NCBI GenBank assembly: GCA_013166775.1
Contig: JABLTJ010000047.1
Coordinates: 1 to 14,189 of the forward strand
Origin: Promethearchaeati archaeon
GTDB lineage: Archaea > Asgardarchaeota > Heimdallarchaeia > Heimdallarchaeales > Heimdallarchaeaceae
Direction: 5' to 3'
Length of the DNA: 14,189 bases
Positions 1-7,262 of this stretch are shown piece by piece. Both the position numbers and the translations under genes were made by a program. Positions within the stretch are counted from its first letter, which is position 1, and each line of letters begins with the position of its first letter. The notes below the pieces were generated by a model that was not told the origin of the DNA, did no database searches, and saw only the letters and a program-made list of their open reading frames with translations.

Positions 1-615
1 GATCATGAGGAAGTTGCGGATCTTCTTTTTGAAAAGATTTTAGAAGTTTTCAATAACAAGGGAATAAATAACATTAGAGCTGTAGCATCAGAGGTTTGGG
101 GAAATACCCTAGATTTTGTCAAAAAATGGAATTTCAAGGAGAAAGAACCTAGTTTCTATTCTTATGGACTAGAGCTCAAAGATGCGCAAGATTTCGAAGT
201 GGATGATTCCTTCGAAATAGTTGATTTTGACTATGAGAAAGATTTAGATCAAATGATTAAGATTTTCCTTGATGAGTATGGTTACACAGAAGAACTAGCT
301 AGAAGTAATTTTGATTTAATTAAGAATTCTGAAGGTGTATATGCTCATTTACTTGTAAAAGAAAATGATGTGATAAAAGGCAGAGCACTAGCATATGTTA
401 CTGATAATCCCAAAATTGCGACTAATGCATACATCTACGGAGAATCAAAATTTCAGCGAGCGCTTCAAAAAGAAATTTTCAAAAAATCAAAGGAAAGAGA
501 AGTTGAAAAAATGCAGATGTTCTTCAATCCCCAAAGTGAGGACAGAATTCAAACCTATGAGGAATTTGGTTTCAAACTAGAATGCAAAGCAATATTATTT
601 GAGAAAGATATCTGA
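1..615 (+). CDS. GNAT-family N-acetyltransferase-like protein, probably tandem GNAT, 5'-truncated by the window
   Basis: Frame 1 is open from base 1 (DHEEVADLLFEKILEVFNNKGINNIRAVASEVWGNTLDFVKKWNFKEKE...), so the track start at 199 is internal. Two GNAT C-terminal patterns are present: 'LFEKILEVFNNKGINNI...FVKKWNF' and 'LQKEIFKKSKEREVEKM...YEEFGF'. Confidence 0.7.
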   Translation, partial: DHEEVADLLFEKILEVFNNKGINNIRAVASEVWGNTLDFVKKWNFKEKEPSFYSYGLELKDAQDFEVDDSFEIVDFDYEKDLDQMIKIFLDEYGYTEELARSNFDLIKNSEGVYAHLLVKENDVIKGRALAYVTDNPKIATNAYIYGESKFQRALQKEIFKKSKEREVEKMQMFFNPQSEDRIQTYEEFGFKLECKAILFEKDI

Positions 616-641
616 ATTATCTGCCTTATTTCCATTTTTTA

Positions 642-977
642 TTATTCAGGAAGCTTGGTAGGGATATTAGAATCTTCTTCAGCTGGATTCATCTTTCCTT
701 CTCTTCCTAGTGAGATTTGCTTTTGATCCCTAAACATCTTACACCATCCATTCTCAATAGTTATTACTTGACCAATCTTATATTTCTCGCCAGTATCTTC
801 GCCCCAGAGTGTAAGAGTAGTAGATCCTGTTTCATCAATTACTAAAACATCCCAAACATAGAGTACTCCTGAACGTCCTTGAACCTGTCTTGGTCCCTGT
901 TTAGAAATTACTCTTACTTTTAAGCTATCGAAATTTGATTCAGGTTGCAATTCTTCAATTTTCAAATTAACCACCAC
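642..977 (-). CDS. ssb: Single OB-fold single-stranded DNA-binding protein (crenarchaeal SSB / hSSB1 type)
   Basis: Motifs 'V-RV', 'DETG.TTLTLWG' and 'GQVITIENGWCKMF....QISLG' parallel Sulfolobus SSB (DETGRVKLTLWG...GQVVKIENAWTTAF) as recalled. The start could instead be TTG at 965, with GTGGTG serving as the SD. Confidence 0.85.
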   Translation of the reverse strand: MVVNLKIEELQPESNFDSLKVRVISKQGPRQVQGRSGVLYVWDVLVIDETGSTTLTLWGEDTGEKYKIGQVITIENGWCKMFRDQKQISLGREGKMNPAEEDSNIPTKLPE

Positions 978-1098
978 ATATTATATCTAGTATTTTAACA
1001 TTTAAACACTTAAGTTTTACCTCTCAGTATTCACTCATTTATACAGAATTTATTTTAAATACTTGCAAGAATAGTTTATTTAGAAAGTAGTTGATTAA

Positions 1099-1743
1099 AT
1101 GCAAGATGTAGAGACTGCTCTAGACAAGATCCCGAATTATAGAGATTTAGCTAAGTATACTAGTAAGATTAAACCTAGAATGATTTATAGAAGCTCTCAT
1201 CTTGCTCCTCATTGTTCTGAAGATTATTTTTGTCAATTGATTAAGGGTTTTGAAATAAAAACAATAATCGATCTTAGATGGCCAACAGAAACCAACAGAC
1301 TTCCATATTCAACAGAATCAATTCAAAACATAAGTTATGTGAATGTTCCTTTACTTGACTCACTACTAAATAAAAAGGATGTGACAAGGCTTATTCCATT
1401 TAATGAAAAAGGAGGATTTTATGAAATCATTCCTAAATATTTCAAGAATCAAATTAAGAGTATTTTTGAGCAATTAACTTTTATGGAAACTCCAGTAGTG
1501 ATTCATTGTTGGTCGGGGAAAGATAGAACTGGAATGATAGTATCGCTTATTCTTCTTCTACTAGAGACTCCTGAGGAAGAGATATTGAAGGATTATCTAG
1601 CGACCGGAATGACAACAAGCAAAGAGAAAATTCAACCCTTTTTTGATATCATTGCTAGTTATGGAAGTATTAGAAATTACCTAACTTCAACTGGATTAAC
1701 GAATAATGTCTTGAACCAAGTAATTCAGAAATATAGTAAATAA
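1099..1743 (+). CDS. Cys-based protein-tyrosine/dual-specificity phosphatase (Y_phosphatase3, PtpB/LipA-like)
   Basis: P-loop HCWSGKDRTG (HCxxGKDRTG), plus family motifs NYRDL, IYRSS, IIDLR and DYLAT. Confidence 0.9.
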   Translation: MQDVETALDKIPNYRDLAKYTSKIKPRMIYRSSHLAPHCSEDYFCQLIKGFEIKTIIDLRWPTETNRLPYSTESIQNISYVNVPLLDSLLNKKDVTRLIPFNEKGGFYEIIPKYFKNQIKSIFEQLTFMETPVVIHCWSGKDRTGMIVSLILLLLETPEEEILKDYLATGMTTSKEKIQPFFDIIASYGSIRNYLTSTGLTNNVLNQVIQKYSK

Positions 1744-1763
1744 GCATTAATTCTATTTTATCA

Positions 1764-2633
1764 TTAAGAAAGATCATCAATGATTTTGTCTGTTTTTTTC
1801 TTTAATTCTTCCAGTTGTGGGTTTTGTTCTGCTTCATCCAGAAGAAGTCTTGCTTCCTTATAGTAAAGCAAAGATTCCTCTTTTTTTCCTTCTTCTTTCA
1901 GTACTTGACCTATTGTTGTAAGATTAGTATAATGAATTCCCTTATGCTTCTTTGTAAAATTGGTTCTATCAATCTTCCCTGGAGCGAAGTTTTTGAGGTA
2001 TTCCAGATTTTCTCTTACCAACTCATCTGTAAACATTAAATCATCATGTCCAGACAAAATAATTATTGCTTTTCTAGCAATATAATCTTCTAATGTTTCT
2101 GTATATTCTTTTAGATTAAGATTTCTCAGATAAGGAAGAGGAGTCTCGATATTATCACCTACAAATAACACTTCGTCTATCTGATCATAACATGAAGATG
2201 AATCTACAGTATGTCCCGGACTGTGAAAGAATTCGACTCCTTCTTCAACAAAAACCATTTTTCTTGAAAAGAGGACATTAGGAAGAGTAAGATCTACGTC
2301 TCCCTTTTTATGGTCTGCATAATGCTTTAAATCAGATTCTCCAATTTCAACTATTTTCTTTCGACAGAGATTGTGAGCTAGAATGATTGAATCCTTAAAA
2401 CACTGGTTTCCCCATATATGGTCGTAATCATGATGAGAATTGAATACCACGAAAGGTTTCGAAGTGAACCTTTTTTCTTCTAGAAATTTTAAAACTTCAT
2501 TCATTGGATCTGGTCCCAGGAAAGTATCGCAAATAAACAGATATTTTTCTCCATTAATTACATATAAATTAGTTTTATAAGGATCATCAAAACTAAAGAA
2601 GAACCCTCTTGTTCCTACTTCTTGGACTTTCAT
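1764..2633 (-). CDS. MBL-fold metallo-hydrolase with a C-terminal TPR-like repeat
   Basis: Motifs CDT, NSHHDYDHIWGN, SPGHT, LFVGDN and SGHD. Residues 235-268 fit the TPR consensus. Confidence 0.9.
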   Translation of the reverse strand: MKVQEVGTRGFFFSFDDPYKTNLYVINGEKYLFICDTFLGPDPMNEVLKFLEEKRFTSKPFVVFNSHHDYDHIWGNQCFKDSIILAHNLCRKKIVEIGESDLKHYADHKKGDVDLTLPNVLFSRKMVFVEEGVEFFHSPGHTVDSSSCYDQIDEVLFVGDNIETPLPYLRNLNLKEYTETLEDYIARKAIIILSGHDDLMFTDELVRENLEYLKNFAPGKIDRTNFTKKHKGIHYTNLTTIGQVLKEEGKKEESLLYYKEARLLLDEAEQNPQLEELKKKTDKIIDDLS

Positions 2634-2693
2634 AAAATCTGATTTTCAGATAGCATTCATATTAATAAAGTTTAGGAGGAAGTTCATTTGAAG

Positions 2694-3158
2694 TTAGAAC
2701 TGGGGTAGAAAATCCTCTTTAATTGAATCCCATATATCATCTTGCGTAATTGCTTCTTTCGTTACAATAGATTCGAGTATTTTTTTAAGAAGAATATGAT
2801 GTCTTAATTCATCTTGATAAATTGCTTGAAGTAGCAATTTTTCCTCTTCGTTTTCAATTTGGTCAATCAACTCTTTGTATGTTTTAATTGCCTCAAGTTC
2901 AAGTTTGATGTGTTCCTCTACATTTTTTACAAGTTCATCATATTTCTCTTCCTCAATAAACGGTTGAATTGATGAATTCATAGTTATAAGAGAGTTGATT
3001 ATACTTGCATGTTTCTTTGAATCCAATGCGATTGAATGAATTAGCTCTTTTATTAATTCATTTTTTACGCTTTTAACTGAATTCTCTGCTGTTTCACATA
3101 TACGTTTTTCCAGATTCATTTGTCGCTTATAAAATTCTATTTTTTTCTCAACAAGCAT
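2694..3158 (-). CDS. Ferritin-like (rubrerythrin-type) four-helix-bundle protein
   Basis: Duplicated E...(D)xxxH di-iron pattern: LEKRI...DSKKH and LELEAI...DELRH. A GTGGTG SD lies upstream. Confidence 0.85.
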   Translation of the reverse strand: MLVEKKIEFYKRQMNLEKRICETAENSVKSVKNELIKELIHSIALDSKKHASIINSLITMNSSIQPFIEEEKYDELVKNVEEHIKLELEAIKTYKELIDQIENEEEKLLLQAIYQDELRHHILLKKILESIVTKEAITQDDIWDSIKEDFLPQF

Positions 3159-3231
3159 AGTATAGCACCACAGTTGGTAGAATGAATTAAAATTGAAATT
3201 ATTTAATGTTTTTGAATAAAAAATGATAAGA

Positions 3232-3250
3232 AAGTAGGATAATCCTACTT
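3232..3250. promoter_or_regulatory. Perfect 19-bp palindrome: terminator hairpin of doxX or operator of the ferritin-like gene
   Basis: AAGTAGGAT-A-ATCCTACTT. On the minus strand it follows the doxX stop and precedes TCTTATCATTTTTT. Confidence 0.5.
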
Positions 3251-3263
3251 AATTTTTAGTAAG

Positions 3264-3800
3264 CTATTTTTTGTTTAGCCATTTGTCTATGTTAAACCAA
3301 TCAACTAAAAGTCTGTGAAGCCAGGGTTTTTCAAGTTTTTTAGCGACGAATAAATCAACGCTTAAAGCTTTAGAACCAGTGCTTATTAAAAGAACTAAAG
3401 TTAATATTGCCATTATCCAGTTTATGGATTGTGTTGAAGCACTTAACCATCCAGCTGCAAAGTAAAATAACAGGTTCATGAAGACACCTGCTAGGGCAGC
3501 AAAGTTTAGTAATGCCCCAAAAATGAATGCGACACCAACAAGAAGCTCTCCTACAGAAATTAACCATCCAAAGACTTCTGGATTAGTCAAGAAAACATTA
3601 GTTGCTACATTTTGGAACCATAGATTTGGATTTCCGGCACTTCCAAAGAATCCAATAGTTCCTCCAATTCCAGGAATATAAGTAGGATCCAATAGCTTGT
3701 GAAGACCAGCCATGAACCATTCAAGACCCAATGTGAGTCTTAGAATGACTAACCAAATGTTGTTACTATTATTTTTCCATGTGTTTTTAATAAAGTCCAT
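3264..3800 (-). CDS. DoxX-family membrane protein (TQO small subunit DoxD-like)
   Basis: LRLTLGLEWFMAGLHKL, GELLVGVAFIFG and G...LSVD motifs, about 4 hydrophobic helices, and an AGGTGA SD upstream. Confidence 0.9.
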   Translation of the reverse strand: MDFIKNTWKNNSNNIWLVILRLTLGLEWFMAGLHKLLDPTYIPGIGGTIGFFGSAGNPNLWFQNVATNVFLTNPEVFGWLISVGELLVGVAFIFGALLNFAALAGVFMNLLFYFAAGWLSASTQSINWIMAILTLVLLISTGSKALSVDLFVAKKLEKPWLHRLLVDWFNIDKWLNKK

Positions 3801-4110
3801 TTTTTCACCTATAATTTAATGACTGAATCGACCAAATTTGACTAATATAAAAATCTTTAGAAAAACCAAGTATGGGCGTTCTAACGGACGTCTGTTCATG
3901 TTTACACACATCACATGTGCAGTGAAAATCACACCCTTTCTACACTATTAAACAAGCTAAACATGTGTCAAAAAGAATACACAAACGGTAATGAAATTAT
4001 TAGTCTCATAGCTGATTTTTTAGAAAAAGAAGATTATTTTAAAAGGAAGAAAATTTTTCAGATTCCACAAAAAAGATTAAATTTTTATTTCTTAAATCAC
4101 TCAATTGTTC

Positions 4111-4755
4111 ATGAGAAAAATAAAAATTTTCGTTATCATTTTCTTAATTATTGGAGCAGGTGTAGCATCTGTTTACTTATATCTCAGCTGGGATAGATTA
4201 GCATTCAATCCAGGAGATAGATATGAACCTTCAGTTCTAGATTATATGGAGGTTATCTATGACAATCGATCAGACAATTATGCATTTAATGAAGGATATA
4301 GCGAATCAGATGCATGTCCTTGGGGATTTGAGCACAATGGAATTGATTATTTCCTCCTGAATAATTCAAAAGTTCTTGCAGCTACTCCAGGACAAGTAGT
4401 TAATGTGGAATGGAGGGATAATGGAGAAGAATATGAGAATAGATATTTCATTAGATTGGATATAAGATTCAGTAAAAGTATTCTTATTGGTTATAACTTC
4501 GAACCTTGGACACAGAATTCAGATGATAAAGATAAACAGTTAGCCATGTTTAAAGTTCAAGAAGGGGATTGGGTAGGAATAGGTCAAGAAATAGCGAGAT
4601 TTCTATATGTTGGTGGAGGAGCTCACATCCATTTTGATGTTACAGAGAATAATGAAAGGAGTTGTCCTCAACAATATTTCTCGACTGAAGGTTACAATGA
4701 GCTGATGGAAATGATTCATTCTTTTAACCCTAGCTGGGAATTATGCTATCCATGA
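4111..4755 (+). CDS. Membrane-anchored/secreted M23 (LytM-type) zinc metallopeptidase-like protein
   Basis: N-terminal basic plus hydrophobic anchor. HNGID (HxxxD), VLAATPGQV, VQEGDWV..GQEIA and AHIHF (HxH) are present. ATG 4111 is preferred over TTG 4105, with TTTTTATT at 4082-4089. Confidence 0.8.
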   Translation: MRKIKIFVIIFLIIGAGVASVYLYLSWDRLAFNPGDRYEPSVLDYMEVIYDNRSDNYAFNEGYSESDACPWGFEHNGIDYFLLNNSKVLAATPGQVVNVEWRDNGEEYENRYFIRLDIRFSKSILIGYNFEPWTQNSDDKDKQLAMFKVQEGDWVGIGQEIARFLYVGGGAHIHFDVTENNERSCPQQYFSTEGYNELMEMIHSFNPSWELCYP

Positions 4756-4759
4756 TAGA

Positions 4760-5659
4760 TTATTCAAATATTTTTTTCCTGATCATAATCCAGTATATTA
4801 TTGAGTAGAATATTATCAGAAAGAGTACATAACTTCCTTGAATAGCTAGAAAGAAACCCGAGTAAAATTCGTCGAAAGTTATAATTAAATAACCTTTGAC
4901 TAAGAAGACACTGTAAAGAATTATCAGAGAGAAATAGAGAATGGTTACTATGATGTAAATAAATTGGAGAATTTGCATAAACAAGGATTTGGATGTGTTC
5001 TCGTCTTCTTGTTTTAACTTAACTCTTTCTTTTTTCAGAAATAATACGAAAGCAATGATAAAAATAATCAGATAGATAGCTCCTGTTATTCCATAGATAA
5101 AGTAGCTAAGAAGTTCACAAGATTGGAAAATTGTTGTTAAAATTAATAAAGAAAATACAATCCATGTCAAAACGCTTTTGTTTCTAACATCAGATTGTTT
5201 CACAGAGTTTTCAGGTAGAGAAAGCTGCTCAAAAACCATCATTGTAGATATAGTTGTTATATAACTAATAGGTATCGCAATCGTAGAAAGTATAAACGGA
5301 AATCTAAGGTAGTATGAAGGAGAAGGATCACTGAGATAGAAATGTATAACCAAGTATAATGCAACAGGTATTATGATAATAAACAATAAGTGAGTATAGG
5401 TTCTTTTGGAGAAAAATTTGTATCTAGATAAGGAACGATTTATTTTCTGCCTAGATAAATCAAAGAATGGAAAGGAAAGGAAGAGAGGAAGTAAACAACA
5501 TAATAGTGAAGTGAAGAAAGGAACGAGGTAATAGTTCATACCCCATCCACGCATCGTCAGATTATTGGGAATTACTAATAAGAGTGCTACTAATGTGATT
5601 CCGATATAGATAGCTAAGAAAATCTTGTGATTCAATGTTTTTCTTTTTGTTTCACTCAT
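4760..5659 (-). CDS. Polytopic membrane protein of unknown function (about 8 TM helices)
   Basis: 299-aa ORF with repeated hydrophobic stretches. Its start overlaps the upstream gene's stop (ATGAGTGA). Confidence 0.75.
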   Translation of the reverse strand: MSETKRKTLNHKIFLAIYIGITLVALLLVIPNNLTMRGWGMNYYLVPFFTSLLCCLLPLFLSFPFFDLSRQKINRSLSRYKFFSKRTYTHLLFIIIIPVALYLVIHFYLSDPSPSYYLRFPFILSTIAIPISYITTISTMMVFEQLSLPENSVKQSDVRNKSVLTWIVFSLLILTTIFQSCELLSYFIYGITGAIYLIIFIIAFVLFLKKERVKLKQEDENTSKSLFMQILQFIYIIVTILYFSLIILYSVFLVKGYLIITFDEFYSGFFLAIQGSYVLFLIIFYSIIYWIMIRKKIFE

Positions 5660-6572
5660 GCAAACATCTCTTTATTTTATTCCTTCTTCTATTAACAAGC
5701 AATACCAATGCTGATGAGATAGCAAATAATAATAAAGAGAAGAAATCCCAACTAACTAGGAAGGTAAAAGGTTTATCTCTAGGAATTTGCCACTGAATCA
5801 TCACTATATTCTCAATAATTTGCTCTTGTTCCCAAAACCAGAAATAACTAGTTCCAGACTCATAATGGGTTACCAAACATTTTCTTTCAGGAGTTGTATC
5901 GGAATAATCCGAATAACTAGTAGGTTGTATGCCATTTACTCTGAATTCAACTGTTTTATTAAAATAGTTGTTCCAATAATTCATAGTTCGTAAATCATTA
6001 GAAATAGTTAGAATTTGGACGTTTCTTCCTAAAGATGTACTGAAAGTAACTTCTGCAGATATTCTTACATGTATTATAGTATCATTTTGAAATTCTGTGT
6101 AATTAAGACATAAAAAATTAAAAAAATACTCTAATTCCTCTTCTATGTTTTCTGTAAATTCATCATCAATAATTTGTAGTGGTGCAGGAGTTCCGTTTAC
6201 CCATGCTCTAAACGCAGTAAAATCAGTAACTATGTCTGCTAATATAGATAGATCATGGAAAATTGGAAGAACAAATGAAGCATTTACAGTTGTACTTGGA
6301 TTATAAATTATATAATCACAAGTGAAATTTATTGGCATAGAGATATCATTAAAATCTTTCAGTTCTGTTCTCATTGTTACATCTGCACTTAACAGTGTAA
6401 GATTCTCAAATCCTTGATATGGAAATAAACTAGCTATTCCAATATTTCCAGGAATAAACTCAAACTGAGATTGAGTTTGAATCAATAACTGATTCTTGCT
6501 AAATAAGAAGATACTGAGCATGAGGAAAGTAAAGAACGTAATTCTTACTGTATTAATTTTCCAATTCTCCAT
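5652..6572 (-). CDS. Secreted, C-terminally anchored surface (glyco)protein of unknown function
   Basis: Signal-like N-terminus, beta-rich body, 7 N-x-S/T sequons (NLT, NFT, NAS, NGT, NYT, NDT, NKT), and a C-terminal TM followed by RRRNKIKR. Confidence 0.75.
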   Translation of the reverse strand: MENWKINTVRITFFTFLMLSIFLFSKNQLLIQTQSQFEFIPGNIGIASLFPYQGFENLTLLSADVTMRTELKDFNDISMPINFTCDYIIYNPSTTVNASFVLPIFHDLSILADIVTDFTAFRAWVNGTPAPLQIIDDEFTENIEEELEYFFNFLCLNYTEFQNDTIIHVRISAEVTFSTSLGRNVQILTISNDLRTMNYWNNYFNKTVEFRVNGIQPTSYSDYSDTTPERKCLVTHYESGTSYFWFWEQEQIIENIVMIQWQIPRDKPFTFLVSWDFFSLLLFAISSALVLLVNRRRNKIKRCLHE

Positions 6573-6643
6573 CAGATTATATTAGCATTATATCCTTATC
6601 TATTTTCCGCATAAAAATCGTATTGAAGCTTATTTGACAACAC

Positions 6644-6677
6644 TTATATATGTAATATACTATTTGTGATATAGTAT
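6644..6677 (+). promoter_or_regulatory. TATA box plus inverted-repeat operator upstream of the PadR gene
   Basis: TTATATAT at 6644-6651, followed by ATACTAT-N7-ATAGTAT at 6657-6677, which spans the expected transcription start. Confidence 0.6.
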
Positions 6678-6730
6678 TGATAAGATGGTAAATCACCAAT
6701 ACTAATAAACAAGCAAAAAGGTGCAAAAAA

Positions 6731-7252
6731 TTGTTTAGAAACATAAAAACATATCGACCCGAAGCTCTGATTGAATCAGAGAAATTTCGTTCATATGTTG
6801 AGAGCTTTGAATCAGAATTATTAAGAGGAATTTCTACACTGTCAGCATTATCAATAATTCAACGCCATCCAGAAGAGGGAATTTATGGTTACCAGCTTCT
6901 TAAGGAATTGGAACAAGACACAAAGAAAATATTGGTTATTGAAGAAGGCACCCTTTATCCAATTTTACGAAAATTAGAACGAGACGGTCTTCTTTCATCT
7001 GAAAGAAAAGAATCAGGAGGAAGACCTAGAAAGTATTATCTACTAACTGAGGAGGGAGCTAGACTTTACGATCATATGATGGGTTTCTTTTCAAAATTAC
7101 TTGAAGCGATATCATCCGTTATGGAATTTGAAGTCAAGCTTCCTGAGAAGGAATACTTGTATTGTCCTAATTGTACAAATAAAATTCCTCAAGATGAAGA
7201 TGTGAGGTTCTGCAACGTTTGTGGATTAAATATTGAAGGTTTAGCAAAATAA
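6731..7252 (+). CDS. PadR-family transcriptional regulator with a C-terminal zinc ribbon
   Basis: ELLRG...YGYQLLKEL...EEGTLYPILRKLERDGLL...RPRKYYLLTEEG, then CPNC-x12-CNVC. TTG start with AAGGTG SD. Confidence 0.93.
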   Translation: MFRNIKTYRPEALIESEKFRSYVESFESELLRGISTLSALSIIQRHPEEGIYGYQLLKELEQDTKKILVIEEGTLYPILRKLERDGLLSSERKESGGRPRKYYLLTEEGARLYDHMMGFFSKLLEAISSVMEFEVKLPEKEYLYCPNCTNKIPQDEDVRFCNVCGLNIEGLAK

Positions 7253-7262
7253 AGTGGTAAAA

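Noticed and set aside
1764-2633. Metallo-beta-lactamase resistance gene
   Set aside because: There is no signal peptide and the metal motif is a variant. Only the fold is supported.
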